DNA from: Psychrobacter sp. HD31
GTDB lineage: Bacteria > Pseudomonadota > Gammaproteobacteria > Pseudomonadales > Moraxellaceae
Assembly: GCF_051097895.1 (NCBI RefSeq)
Contig: NZ_CP142525.1
Coordinates: 1,620,001 to 1,652,000, forward strand
Direction of reading: 5' to 3'
DNA length: 32,000 nucleotides
This document shows, piece after piece, positions 1 to 10,003 of this stretch. Below the pieces are notes generated by a model that did no database searches, was not told the DNA's origin, and worked only from the letters and a program-made list of their open reading frames with translations. Each line of letters begins with the position of its first letter. Within the stretch, counting starts at the first letter, position 1. Both the position numbers and the translations under genes were made by a program.

Positions 1-63
1 ACGTTAAAAGGAAGGTCAAGTTTTTTATCATAGTTGTGATGTCTGTAAAACTGTCCGTTTTAA

Positions 64-1074
64 TCAATGTGCATTTGCCCAATGATACGCTGCTAACCGT
101 TTCATTAAATCAGGGTTTTTAACCATGATATTATCGCCGGTGCGACCACCAATGCGGTTATAATGAATCACGTTTAAACGCAGTAGCCAAAAAATAACCG
201 CCGCTTTAGCTAGCATAATTGGCAATGCATTGCGCTCAGTTTCGGTTAATGGTCGCTCGCTTTCATATCCTTTGATAAAGGCATCCATTTTGGTGCTATC
301 AAAATTTACTGACTCGCCATTTTCGGCATCGCCCCAGGTGGTGCTAAAGTCATTAATGGTAATGGCAATGTCCATTAAATAGTTGTCAACACTCACTTCA
401 GTAAAATCTAGTAAACCCGTTAATTTTGCTTCGTTTTTGGTTAAATCCCACAAGGTGTTGTCTGCAAACATATCTAAATGACATAAGCCTTTTGGCATTT
501 TATCATTATGATCAAGAGGTAGGTTTTCATACGCTTGCCAAATATCAAGCATGAGCTGGGCTTCATCGGCTGGCATAAACTTTGTTTCACGGTCACGCAC
601 GGCATGCCAAGGATAAAGAGGCACGCCGTAGTCTTCGGCAGGTTTTAGTGTTTGCAACGTTTTGTGCAAAATGGCTAATGCGATGCCCATGTCTTCGCAC
701 ATTTTAGGGGTGGTGGCAGTGGGGTGCGCGCCCGATAAACAGGGCACTAAAGTAATGGCTTTATCTTCATAATGGATAATGTAATCATCGCTACCATCTT
801 GTTTTTTTCTGGTTTTTGCAAGTGGCGGCGCGACGGGTAAATCATCTTTTAGCTGATTAAGGATAATTGCCATTTTTTCTACGTCTTGTGGTGGTCGTTC
901 TTCAAATAAGGTAAAAACGTAACTGTATTTGCCCTCGGCATCATCGGCTGTTTGAATAAACCAGTTTGAGTTTTTAACGCCTTGAGTGATGGGAATCGCC
1001 TTGGTAAAAGTTACACCAAAAGCATGGCAAAAGGCAGAAAATTGATCTTCGGTAAGGTGGGTATAGACTGACAT
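64..1074 (-). CDS. thrB: homoserine kinase (ThrB type II, aminoglycoside-phosphotransferase fold)
   Basis: ORF 64..1086. MSVYTHLTEDQ N-terminus, NSNWF, HLDMFADN and LLDF motifs as in Pseudomonas-type ThrB. Start trimmed to the MSVYT Met at 1074. Confidence 0.85.
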   Translation of the reverse strand: MSVYTHLTEDQFSAFCHAFGVTFTKAIPITQGVKNSNWFIQTADDAEGKYSYVFTLFEERPPQDVEKMAIILNQLKDDLPVAPPLAKTRKKQDGSDDYIIHYEDKAITLVPCLSGAHPTATTPKMCEDMGIALAILHKTLQTLKPAEDYGVPLYPWHAVRDRETKFMPADEAQLMLDIWQAYENLPLDHNDKMPKGLCHLDMFADNTLWDLTKNEAKLTGLLDFTEVSVDNYLMDIAITINDFSTTWGDAENGESVNFDSTKMDAFIKGYESERPLTETERNALPIMLAKAAVIFWLLRLNVIHYNRIGGRTGDNIMVKNPDLMKRLAAYHWANAH

Positions 1075-1162
1075 AAAACTTCTCAATAACTTTCTAAATA
1101 ATAGGGGCTTTTTCTGTTAAAATGGCAAACATTAATCTTACTATTATAAAGTGAAATTTACC

Positions 1163-1933
1163 ATGTTAGCAAAACGAATTATTCCTTGCCTAGATGTTGA
1201 TAATGGCAGAGTTGTAAAAGGTGTCCAATTTGTTGATATTAAAGATGCTGGAGACCCTGTTGAAGTTGCCAAGCGTTATAATGAGCAAGGGGCGGATGAA
1301 ATCACCTTTTTGGATATTACAGCAACGCATCATGGCAGAGATACAACGTACCATACAGTCGAGCGGATGGCAGAAACCGTTTTTGTACCGCTTACTGTGG
1401 GTGGTGGCGTACGTAAAGTTGAAGATATCCGTAACCTGTTAAATGCCGGTGCAGATAAAGTGGCTATTAATTCAGCAGCGGTATTTACGCCAGAGTTTGT
1501 TGGCGAGGCATCGCAAAGATTTGGCGCGCAATGTATTGTTGTCGCCATTGACGCTAAGCGTGTTGCCGATGTTGACGGCATGCCAAGATGGGAAATTTTT
1601 ACCCACGGCGGGCGCAAACCAACAGGCATTAATGCCGTAGAGTGGGCAAGCAAGATGGCTGGGCTGGGTGCCGGAGAGTTGTTAGTTACCAGTATGGATG
1701 GCGATGGTACCAAAAAAGGTTATGATCTTGAACTGATGAAAGCAATTACCAGCTCGGTGAATGTCCCTGTGATTGCGTCAGGTGGGGTTGGTAATCTTGA
1801 GCATTTGGCAGAAGGCGTGCTGCAAGGGGGCGCAGATGCCGTATTGGCTGCTAGCATATTCCATTTTGGTGAGTATACCGTGCAAGAGGCAAAACAGTAT
1901 ATGGCAAGTCAAGGAATAGAAATGCGCTTGTAG
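1163..1933 (+). CDS. hisF: imidazole glycerol phosphate synthase, cyclase subunit
   Basis: [20 protein letters not shown] and SGGVG motifs of the HisF TIM barrel. Start moved from GTG 1151 to ATG 1163 ([12 protein letters not shown]). Confidence 0.95.
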   Translation: MLAKRIIPCLDVDNGRVVKGVQFVDIKDAGDPVEVAKRYNEQGADEITFLDITATHHGRDTTYHTVERMAETVFVPLTVGGGVRKVEDIRNLLNAGADKVAINSAAVFTPEFVGEASQRFGAQCIVVAIDAKRVADVDGMPRWEIFTHGGRKPTGINAVEWASKMAGLGAGELLVTSMDGDGTKKGYDLELMKAITSSVNVPVIASGGVGNLEHLAEGVLQGGADAVLAASIFHFGEYTVQEAKQYMASQGIEMRL

Positions 1934-2002
1934 TGCCAAAAAAATGGTATGATATACAAAACAAAAACTTTTTATTATTTTGAAAATTAACAGGAAAAAC
2001 TT

Positions 2003-2512
2003 ATGAGTAATCTACAAGTACAGCTTCAGGCAATCAATGAGATTGAAGGCAACTTACATGAAAACGCAAATGTTAGAGTAGGTATTGTTGTTGGTCGTTT
2101 TAATGGTTATATCGTTGAGTCATTAGTAGATGGTGCGATTGACGCATTGGTGCGCCATGGCGTGCAAGGCGCTAACATTACGGTTGTTCGTGTACCAGGT
2201 GCATTTGAATTGCCACTTACAGCACAACGTATGGCAGAGTCTGACCGTTTTGATGCGATTGTTGCACTGGGTGCGGTTATCCGTGGTAGTACGCCACACT
2301 TTGACTTTGTTGCTAACGAGTCGGCTAAAGGGTTAAGTAGCGTTGCCATGGATTATGATATTCCAGTTATCAATGGAGTGTTAACAACCGATAGTATTGA
2401 GCAAGCAATTGAACGTGCTGGTACAAAAGCAGGTAACAAAGGTGCCGAAGCAGCGCTAACGGCATTAGAAATGGTTGCAGTATTGTCTCAGCTAGATGTT
2501 GAACAAGAATAA
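2003..2512 (+). CDS. ribH: 6,7-dimethyl-8-ribityllumazine synthase
   Basis: [17 protein letters not shown] and [16 protein letters not shown] signatures. Sits directly upstream of nusB, as is usual. Confidence 0.95.
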   Translation: MSNLQVQLQAINEIEGNLHENANVRVGIVVGRFNGYIVESLVDGAIDALVRHGVQGANITVVRVPGAFELPLTAQRMAESDRFDAIVALGAVIRGSTPHFDFVANESAKGLSSVAMDYDIPVINGVLTTDSIEQAIERAGTKAGNKGAEAALTALEMVAVLSQLDVEQE

Positions 2513-2650
2513 AACGTAATTTACTTTAAATTTTTTAAATATAAATTGATGGCGAGAGCTTTGTCTAGCCTTTACTAACATGATTTTGTTAGGTGGTGGT
2601 CAAAGCCGATGCAACGATTTAAACACATTACCTCGATTTTAGGTATTTGA

Positions 2651-3199
2651 ATGACAGATATGAACAGCACAAATGAACCTGATGATACCTTGGGTACACA
2701 AACAGGGGACATCTCATATAAAACCACCCATACAGCGGTACGTAAGGCACGCCGATTTGCCGTGCAAGGTATTTATGAGTGGTTAATGACTGATCGACGA
2801 TTTGAACAAAATGGACAAAATGAATGGCAAGCTAATTCACCGCATGATATTGCGGCAAGAACACGGGCTAACAATGCCATGCATACCGTACATCTTGGAT
2901 ATTATCATGAAATGATGCGTGATATACCCGAGCAAGTTGAAGAGCTTGATAACCTGATTGCTCAGCATGTTGATAGAGAAATGCATAAAATTGATAAAAT
3001 TGAGCATGCCATTTTGTTAATCGGTGCTTATGAGCTAAAAAACAGCCTGCATATACCATACAAAGTAGTATTAGATGAAGCAATGAAGCTAAATACTCAC
3101 TTTGGGGCAACCGATGCTTTTAAACTGATTAATGCCGTGTTAGATAAATTAGCAAAACAGTTTAGAGTGGCAGAAGTTGAAGCGGATAAACCGCAATAG
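2651..3199 (+). CDS. nusB: transcription antitermination factor NusB
   Basis: [11 protein letters not shown] and [10 protein letters not shown] motifs plus ribH-nusB synteny. Has an N-terminal extension of about 25 aa. Confidence 0.9.
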   Translation: MTDMNSTNEPDDTLGTQTGDISYKTTHTAVRKARRFAVQGIYEWLMTDRRFEQNGQNEWQANSPHDIAARTRANNAMHTVHLGYYHEMMRDIPEQVEELDNLIAQHVDREMHKIDKIEHAILLIGAYELKNSLHIPYKVVLDEAMKLNTHFGATDAFKLINAVLDKLAKQFRVAEVEADKPQ

Positions 3200-3289
3200 T
3201 CTGCTGTTTTTATAATGATTACCAAGTTATGGTGGTAACTCTGTATTATTTAGCTATTAAATCAGCAATCAAAAATAAACACCACATAG

Positions 3290-3877
3290 ATGACTGAACT
3301 TAATAACAAACCAAACATTAAACAAGCCAATGTGTGCCCACCATTACAAAAAGATGCCAGTGGACTAGATAAACTTGCCTATTGGTTAGGCATTGGTTTG
3401 GGTAGTGGTAAACCTAAAAAAGCACCAGGCACATGGGGCTCATTATTCGGGTTACTGTTTGCTATACCGCTTATGATGCTGGGTTTTGTACCGTTTTTAG
3501 TGATTACCGTGTTGGCAAATGTTGTAGGTATTTGGATTTGCGATAAAACATCTCATCTCATGGGCGTGCACGATGATCCACATATTGTTTGGGATGAATG
3601 GGCAGGCATGTGGATAGCCCTTTTGCCGTATGCTTACTATATGGGCAGCCATGATTTTTATACGCTCGCTAACTTGCCTGTATTATTGATTCTATTGGCA
3701 AATACGTTTGTGTTGTTTCGTATTTTTGATATTTTTAAGCCCTTCCCAATTGGCTACTTGGATAAAAAACTTTCTGGTGGCTTTGGTATCATGCTAGATG
3801 ATATGTTAGCAGGTGCAATAGTGGCAATTATCATGCTGTTTTGTTTGACTTTTGTTGTGGCAGTTGGCTTAAATTAA
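3290..3877 (+). CDS. pgpA: phosphatidylglycerophosphatase A
   Basis: GSGKPKKAPGTWGSL, DDPHIVWDEWAGMW and FRIFDIFKPFPI motifs. Multi-pass membrane profile. Confidence 0.85.
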   Translation: MTELNNKPNIKQANVCPPLQKDASGLDKLAYWLGIGLGSGKPKKAPGTWGSLFGLLFAIPLMMLGFVPFLVITVLANVVGIWICDKTSHLMGVHDDPHIVWDEWAGMWIALLPYAYYMGSHDFYTLANLPVLLILLANTFVLFRIFDIFKPFPIGYLDKKLSGGFGIMLDDMLAGAIVAIIMLFCLTFVVAVGLN

Positions 3878-3917
3878 ACTCACTTTAACATTAAAAATAA
3901 AAATTTTAGGACATGAT

Positions 3918-5306
3918 ATGAATGCGACGGAAACACTTTCGGTAATTATCCTTGCAGCTGGTAAGGGTACACGTATGAAGTCTAACAAACCAAAAGTTTT
4001 GCAAACTTTAGCAAATAAACCGTTGTTAGCACATGTGTTAGATACTTGCGGCACAATGGCTGTAAACAAAACCATTGTGGTGTACGGTTTTGGGGGAGAG
4101 CAAGTGCAGTCTGCCATGGCAAATTATGATATCAGTTGGGTTGAACAAACAGAGCAATTAGGCACAGGCCATGCAGTAAAAGTAACGTTAGACGACTTAC
4201 CAGAAGATGGTAAAAGCTTAATTTTATATGGAGATGTGCCGTTAGTAAGTAGTGAAACCTTAAGCAAGCTTGAAGAAGCAAATGATCAGGGTATCTCTAT
4301 GCTAACGTTAACGGTAGATAATCCGTTTGGGCTTGGGCGTATCAAAAGAGATGCCGAGGGAAAAGTACTTGCGATTGTTGAACAAAAAGATGCAGATGAA
4401 GAAGAAAAGTTAATCAAAGAGATTAACAGTGGTATTTATTGTGTTGACAATGCGTTGCTGCATAAGTACTTGCCAAACTTAAGTAATGACAATGCCCAAC
4501 AAGAATATTATTTAACAGACATTGTTAAAATGGCAGTAGCAGATGACATTGATATTAAAGCCATTGAACCAAAATATGACTTTGAAATTGAAGGCGTAAA
4601 TGACCGCCAGCAATTGGCAATTTTAGAACGCAAATGGCAAGCCAAGTTGGTAAACGACTTACAAGTTGCAGGTGTTCAGTTTGCTGATCCAAGCCGTGTA
4701 GATATCCGTGCCAATGCCAATGGTGACAGTGAGATAACGGTTGGGCAAGACGTATTTGTAGATGCCAATGTAATCTTTGAAGGCAATTGTGTTATTGGCA
4801 ACAATGTGCAGATTGATGCCGGTAGCGTCATCAAGCACAGCCAAATTGGAGACAACACCCACATCAAAGTAAATTGTTTGATTGATAATGCCGTGGTTGG
4901 AAGAAATGCAGCGATTGGACCTTTTGCCCATTTAAGACCAGAGACAGTATTAGCGGATGACACAAAAGTGGGTAATTTTGTTGAGACCAAAAAAGCAAAT
5001 ATTGGTAAAGGCAGTAAGGTCAACCATTTGAGTTATATTGGCGATGCAAAAATTGGTAAAGAGGTAAACATCGGTGCTGGCACGATTACTTGCAACTATG
5101 ATGGCGTGAACAAGTCGTTAACTCAAATTGATGATAATGCATTTATTGGGAGTAATTCAAGCCTAGTTGCCCCTGTTAAAATTGGTAAAATGGCAACGGT
5201 TGGTGCAGGTTCTGTTATCACAAAAGCGTGCCCAGATAACAAACTGTCTTTAACACGTGCCAAACAAGCGACAATTAATAGTTGGAAACGACCAGTTAAA
5301 AAATAG
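3918..5306 (+). CDS. glmU: bifunctional UDP-N-acetylglucosamine pyrophosphorylase / glucosamine-1-phosphate N-acetyltransferase
   Basis: LAAGKGTRMKS nucleotidyltransferase motif at the N-terminus. Hexapeptide-repeat left-handed beta-helix and NYDG motif in the C-terminal half. 462 aa. Confidence 0.95.
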   Translation: MNATETLSVIILAAGKGTRMKSNKPKVLQTLANKPLLAHVLDTCGTMAVNKTIVVYGFGGEQVQSAMANYDISWVEQTEQLGTGHAVKVTLDDLPEDGKSLILYGDVPLVSSETLSKLEEANDQGISMLTLTVDNPFGLGRIKRDAEGKVLAIVEQKDADEEEKLIKEINSGIYCVDNALLHKYLPNLSNDNAQQEYYLTDIVKMAVADDIDIKAIEPKYDFEIEGVNDRQQLAILERKWQAKLVNDLQVAGVQFADPSRVDIRANANGDSEITVGQDVFVDANVIFEGNCVIGNNVQIDAGSVIKHSQIGDNTHIKVNCLIDNAVVGRNAAIGPFAHLRPETVLADDTKVGNFVETKKANIGKGSKVNHLSYIGDAKIGKEVNIGAGTITCNYDGVNKSLTQIDDNAFIGSNSSLVAPVKIGKMATVGAGSVITKACPDNKLSLTRAKQATINSWKRPVKK

Positions 5307-5327
5307 TTAAGTTCGCTGTATGTAAAA

Positions 5328-5358
5328 GCCCTTGTTTGTTGTTAACAAGGGCTTTTTT
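5328..5358 (+). terminator. intrinsic terminator after glmU (A-run on the other side, so possibly bidirectional with ribE)
   Basis: GCCCTTGTT / AACAAGGGC 9-bp stem followed by TTTTTT. Confidence 0.7.
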
Positions 5359-5393
5359 ATCGTAAAGAGGTTTGTTTGATAATTAGGATGTGC

Positions 5394-6053
5394 TTACATA
5401 AAGCCATTTTTTGCTAAAAATTCTTCGGTAATATTACTCTCATTGGCATCATAGTTATTACCAGCGGTTAATAGCCTTTCTAGATAACGGGCAACGACAT
5501 CAATTTCTATATTTACCAAACCATTTAGTAGCCAATGTTTACCAATATTGGTGATGGTGGCGGTATGAGGGATAATATTTAAACAAATAATGTTGTCTTT
5601 AACTAAGTTGGTCGTTAGGCTAATGCCGTCTACCGTTACCGAGCCTTTTGTTGCGGTATAATGTTTAATTTCTTCTGGTATTTCAATTTCTATGTAAATA
5701 GAGCGGGCGTCTGCTTGCATTTTGATGATTTTGCCAACACCGTCAACGTGTCCAGATACAATGTGTCCACCAAAACGTGTTGTTGGAAGCATGGCTTTTT
5801 CAAGATTTAGCGTGTCCCCTTCTTTCCAATTTTTCATTGCTGTTTTTGCTAAAGTTTCACGTGAAACATCAACGGCATACCAGTCTTTTCCTTGTTCAAT
5901 GACAGTTAAACAAATGCCATTACTGGCAATCGAGTCTCCCAGTCCAACGTCTGAAAAATCTAACTGCGTTGAGCTAATCGTTAGGCGGATATCGCCATCA
6001 ACATTTTCTATTTTTTTAAGTGTGCCTACGCTTTCTATAATACCTGTAAACAT
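5394..6053 (-). CDS. ribE: riboflavin synthase (alpha chain; ribC in older E. coli nomenclature)
   Basis: MFTGIIESVG N-terminus and two internally repeated lumazine-binding half-domains. 219 aa. Confidence 0.93.
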   Translation of the reverse strand: MFTGIIESVGTLKKIENVDGDIRLTISSTQLDFSDVGLGDSIASNGICLTVIEQGKDWYAVDVSRETLAKTAMKNWKEGDTLNLEKAMLPTTRFGGHIVSGHVDGVGKIIKMQADARSIYIEIEIPEEIKHYTATKGSVTVDGISLTTNLVKDNIICLNIIPHTATITNIGKHWLLNGLVNIEIDVVARYLERLLTAGNNYDANESNITEEFLAKNGFM

Positions 6054-6245
6054 GTTTGCTTTCTCGCTCTTGTTTGTAAAGTTGTTTCTATTATGGTGTT
6101 AAAAAAACATCAAGTCTATCAAAAATAATGAATTTGTTAATAAAAACGCTAGCGTTTATAGAATGTAATAGGTAATTATCATAATATCGTTATAATGAAG
6201 AGAAAGGAGTTTATGTCTTGGCGAAACATGAAAAGGAGTTAACAA

Positions 6246-7679
6246 ATGAGTGCAAAGGATAATACTGAAAACCAACCACAAATTACAAAGATGACAGCTC
6301 GGTTTAAAGTTATGCATCAGCAAAGCCGTCAACAGGTAACCGTAGATTGGCAAACAAGGCTTAGTAGATTAGAAAAACTAGAAAAAATGGTGGTAGACAA
6401 CCAAGATGCTATTAGTACTGCCATAAGCCAAGACTTTGGTTATCGCTCACCTTCAGAAACCACCATGTTAGAAATCTTCCCGACTTTAGAAGGCATTCGT
6501 TATAGTAAAAAACATGGCAAAGAGTGGATGAAGCCGACAAAGGTCACAACGGGTAAGTGGTTTTTGCCTGCAACCAGTTATATACAAAAGCAACCTTTAG
6601 GGGTGGTTGGTATTATCTCTCCATGGAACTATCCTTTATATTTAGCGGCAGGACCACTAACAGCTGCTTTTGTGGCAGGCAATAGAGCCATGTTAAAAAC
6701 CTCTGAGTTTACACCAAATTTTAATCAATGGTTGGCAAAAACGTTGCCAAAGTATTTTTCGGCAGATGAGCTGTGCTTAATCGAGGGTGGGGTTGAAGTT
6801 GCGCAAGCATTTAGTGCCTTGCCGTTTGATCACCTACTATTTACAGGGTCTACGTCAGTTGGTCGGCATATCATGCGAGCAGCTGCATCAAATTTAACGC
6901 CGGTTACGCTTGAGCTTGGTGGTAAGTCGCCTGCGGTTATTACGGATGTTGCCAGTTTAGAGAAAGCGGTTAATCGCATCTGGACAGGCAAACTTATGAA
7001 TGCCGGGCAAACTTGTATTTCGCCAGATTATTTGCTGCTACCAACAGGGCTTGAACAAAAGTTTTTAGAACTATCTTGTCAGTGGGTAAGCAAGCATTAT
7101 CCTAACATCGCTAATAACCCTGACTTTAGTTATCTGATCAACCAACGCCAATTTGATAGAGTGCTCGGTTACCTTAAGCAAGCAGAACAAACAGGTGCGA
7201 ATATAGAAATATTGGGTGAAGCAGAAGCAAATGCAGAAACAGGCTTTATGCCACCTATGGTGGTGACAAACTTAGCAGATGATACGCAATTGCTAACGGA
7301 TGAAATTTTTGCCCCCATCTTGCCCGTTGTGACTTATCAGAACCTAGAAGACGCCATTGACTATATCAATGCACGCCCACGCCCATTAGCTTTGTATGTG
7401 TTTGGGGATGATGATAAAACCAATGATAAGGTTGTGGCGAATACGGTAAGTGGTGGCGTATCAATCAACGATACTATCTTCCATATCGCGCAACATGGTT
7501 TGCCGTTTGGTGGCGTTGGAGACTCGGGCATGGGCAATTATCATGGTAAATATGGTTTTGATACGTTTACGCATGAAAAAGGGGTGTTTAAACAATCTAA
7601 AATTAATTTTGTAGATATGTTACAACCGCCGTATGGTAAAACTTTTAATAAGTTAATGAAGGTGGCAAAAAAACTGTAA
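6246..7679 (+). CDS. NAD(P)-dependent aldehyde dehydrogenase (ALDH3 / coniferyl-aldehyde dehydrogenase-like)
   Basis: ELGGKSP and GQTCISPDY (catalytic Cys) motifs. 477 aa. Confidence 0.85.
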   Translation: MSAKDNTENQPQITKMTARFKVMHQQSRQQVTVDWQTRLSRLEKLEKMVVDNQDAISTAISQDFGYRSPSETTMLEIFPTLEGIRYSKKHGKEWMKPTKVTTGKWFLPATSYIQKQPLGVVGIISPWNYPLYLAAGPLTAAFVAGNRAMLKTSEFTPNFNQWLAKTLPKYFSADELCLIEGGVEVAQAFSALPFDHLLFTGSTSVGRHIMRAAASNLTPVTLELGGKSPAVITDVASLEKAVNRIWTGKLMNAGQTCISPDYLLLPTGLEQKFLELSCQWVSKHYPNIANNPDFSYLINQRQFDRVLGYLKQAEQTGANIEILGEAEANAETGFMPPMVVTNLADDTQLLTDEIFAPILPVVTYQNLEDAIDYINARPRPLALYVFGDDDKTNDKVVANTVSGGVSINDTIFHIAQHGLPFGGVGDSGMGNYHGKYGFDTFTHEKGVFKQSKINFVDMLQPPYGKTFNKLMKVAKKL

Positions 7680-7720
7680 AATTGATGATAGATAGTCCTT
7701 TTAAGCGACTCTAATACCAG

Positions 7721-7749
7721 CCCACCTAATATAATAAGGTGGGTTTTTT
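7721..7749 (+). terminator. intrinsic terminator after the aldehyde dehydrogenase gene
   Basis: CCCACCT / AGGTGGG stem followed by TTTTTT. Confidence 0.7.
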
Positions 7750-7810
7750 GTTTGATAATTAGGCAAAAATGCTACAATAGGTATAATCTTAGTAAAACGA
7801 TTTTTGACAC

Positions 7811-8464
7811 ATGAAAAAATTTTTGTTTTTAATTTTGCTAATCGCTGTGGGTGTTTTTTTTGGATCCCCTTTTTATAGTTTGTATCAATTAAAGGCGGCT
7901 TATGATAACCAAGATGGGCAGGTGATTGCGGATGCAATTGATTACTCGCAACTAACTGACAACTTAAAAAACCAGTTAAATACCAATTTTCAAAATACGG
8001 TAGATGAGTATCCTATGATTGCCCAATTTGGCGGTGATAAAGTGCTGGCTAAAGGGCAAAAGTTTATTGAGCAAGCGGTAGAAGGCGCAATCACGCCACA
8101 AAATATTGCCGCCACAATTAGCTCTCAAGGTCAACAAGCGAATCAATCTACCAAAGAGCTTGCTGCCATTTGGGCTGTCGTAGGCGGTAAAATCAATATG
8201 GGGGAGCTTGTACAAGGTATTTTGCTACGAGGCGGTAACATAGAAAAAGCCTTAACTAAGCAAATGACAAAACTTGTTGAAGCGCAATCTCAAGAAGTAG
8301 CGATGCAAGCACAAACCGGCAATGACAGCGATTTGCCGTCATTTAGTTATTGTGGCATCAATTGTTTTAATGTCTCTGGTGATGTAAAGGGTTATCCTTT
8401 GACGGTACAAATGCAACGCCAAGGACTAATTGATTGGAAGATTATCGACATTAAACTGCCTTAG
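7811..8464 (+). CDS. DUF2939-like exported/anchored protein of unknown function
   Basis: N-terminal hydrophobic signal/anchor. The SPFYSLYQLKAAYDNQD...IDYSQL pattern is one I recognise as DUF2939-type. Confidence 0.6.
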   Translation: MKKFLFLILLIAVGVFFGSPFYSLYQLKAAYDNQDGQVIADAIDYSQLTDNLKNQLNTNFQNTVDEYPMIAQFGGDKVLAKGQKFIEQAVEGAITPQNIAATISSQGQQANQSTKELAAIWAVVGGKINMGELVQGILLRGGNIEKALTKQMTKLVEAQSQEVAMQAQTGNDSDLPSFSYCGINCFNVSGDVKGYPLTVQMQRQGLIDWKIIDIKLP

Positions 8465-8474
8465 CTTGTTTAGG

Positions 8475-9179
8475 TTAAAAACTGGCAACTTCTTCGGCGG
8501 TTAAAAAACGGCATTCGCCTACTTCTAGCCCTTCTAACGTTAGCTCGGCAATGTTAGAGCGATGCAACTCTGTCACTTTATTACCAAAGTATGCCATCAT
8601 GCGTTTAACTTGGTGGTACTTGCCTTCGGTAAGGGTTAGTTGGGCGTGAGTTGGGTCAATAAAAGTTAATTCAGCCGGTTTTGTTTTGTTTTCTTCTCCC
8701 TCCAGCAGTATGCCATTTGCAATTTGAGCAATTGCATTGGTTTGTTCTGCTTCGTCCATTGGGTCTGCAAGTGTTAGTTGATAAACTTTTGCTTTATGGT
8801 GTTTGGGGCTAGTAACACGGTGCAGCCAACCGCCATCATCGCTTAGTAATAATGCGCCAGTGGTATCGACATCTAACCTACCTGCGATACGCAAGCTTGC
8901 CACTTCGGGTACCGCAATCAGCTCGGTAACAATAGGGTACTCTTTAGGCTTTAGTGTGCACTCAAACCCTGCTGGCTTATATAATAAAATATAGCGATTG
9001 CCTGTAGCTACAGATAAAGGTTCGCCAGCCCACATCACCTCATCATTAAGTTCATCTATCTGAAAGCTTGAGTCTTTTACAACGGCATCATTTACGGTTA
9101 CTTCGCTGGCATGTAGTATTTTTTTTGCATCTTTGCGAGACAGTTCGGTCGCTTTGCTAATAAATTTATCTAAACGCAT
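8475..9179 (-). CDS. rsuA: 16S rRNA pseudouridine synthase, RsuA family
   Basis: N-terminal S4 domain (MRLDKFISK...). GRLDVDTTGALLLSDDG catalytic-Asp motif. 234 aa, as for RsuA. Confidence 0.75.
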   Translation of the reverse strand: MRLDKFISKATELSRKDAKKILHASEVTVNDAVVKDSSFQIDELNDEVMWAGEPLSVATGNRYILLYKPAGFECTLKPKEYPIVTELIAVPEVASLRIAGRLDVDTTGALLLSDDGGWLHRVTSPKHHKAKVYQLTLADPMDEAEQTNAIAQIANGILLEGEENKTKPAELTFIDPTHAQLTLTEGKYHQVKRMMAYFGNKVTELHRSNIAELTLEGLEVGECRFLTAEEVASF

Positions 9180-9516
9180 TTTGTTATCCCAAGTTATTTA
9201 ATATGATTATTGTGACACAGTTTAACACAGCCGTTAAATTAATGAGGCTTATCCTACTTTAATAGATCCCAGAAAATTTCTACTAAAGAGGCTAATATTA
9301 ACGTGCCGATTTGTTTTTTTAGGTATCAAAAGTCAGTTTAAGAAAATTGTATATTTTATAACTAAATAGCTGGTATGTGACCATATATACGATTACTGCT
9401 TTAAGTCAAAAACTTTTTAATTTAAGATTCACCCATCTAAATAATAGTCTGTATAAATATGTAGCCACCCGCCGAAAATGGGAAACTCAACCATTTAAAA
9501 TGAGCATAATATAATA

Positions 9517-9550
9517 CCGCTTAAACATTCCCATTTTAAGCGGTTTTTTT
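9517..9550. terminator. hairpin terminator at the prophage end (overlaps the stop of the last phage ORF)
   Basis: CCGCTTAAA / TTTAAGCGG 9-bp stem. T7 run on the plus side, TATTATATT on the minus side. Confidence 0.5.
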
Positions 9551-10003
9551 ATTAAATTCATCTTTAACAAGAATAACCAAATCATTGGGACTAAAACGCC
9601 AACCTTGGTCGCTGTTAAAAATAAGGTTATAGCACCATTCGCTGCAAAATGACTTAGATTTGTCTTCATTAGCCATCACCACCACGCCCAACGCTCCAAG
9701 CCAATCATACTTGTGGTGTTTTGTAAGATTGAAAAACACCCACACGTCAGCTTCTGCCAAGCCACCGATAGGTTTTAAATCCCATCTTTCGCTTGGCAAC
9801 GTCATTACCTTATGCCTAACGCCACCATCTCTTAATGACGAACTGTAACAGTCATATTTGCCATCATCTCGTTTGATTGCTATCTCGCAATGACTATACT
9901 TACCTCGTGTTAAAAAGCGTATTAAAGCATCTTGGAAGCTGTGTAAAATAGCCTTTAAAGACCGTTTATTACGCTTACCTTTATAGGAGGCTAAATAAAT
10001 CAT
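9536..10003 (-). CDS. putative permuted-papain-fold hydrolase (YiiX/C92, NlpC-P60 superfamily-like)
   Basis: YSHCEIAI (His) precedes FCSEWCY (Cys), which is the permuted order seen in YiiX/YaeF-type enzymes. ATGA overlap with the upstream gene. Confidence 0.35.
   Translation of the reverse strand: MIYLASYKGKRNKRSLKAILHSFQDALIRFLTRGKYSHCEIAIKRDDGKYDCYSSSLRDGGVRHKVMTLPSERWDLKPIGGLAEADVWVFFNLTKHHKYDWLGALGVVVMANEDKSKSFCSEWCYNLIFNSDQGWRFSPNDLVILVKDEFNKKTA

Noticed and set aside
1934-2002. FMN riboswitch upstream of ribH.
   Set aside because: The gap is only 69 nt. That is too short for an FMN element, and it shows none of the conserved helices I would expect.
3200-3289. Absence of thiL between nusB and pgpA, considered as a deletion scar.
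   Set aside because: This is most simply lineage-specific synteny. The 90-bp gap shows no remnant coding sequence, repeats or other sign of a recent event.
6156-9669. Small ORFs 6156..6353(-), 7701..7937(-) and 9487..9669(-).
   Set aside because: They overlap promoter or terminator regions, or the 5' or 3' ends of well-supported genes. They have odd composition and no RBS, so they are judged spurious.
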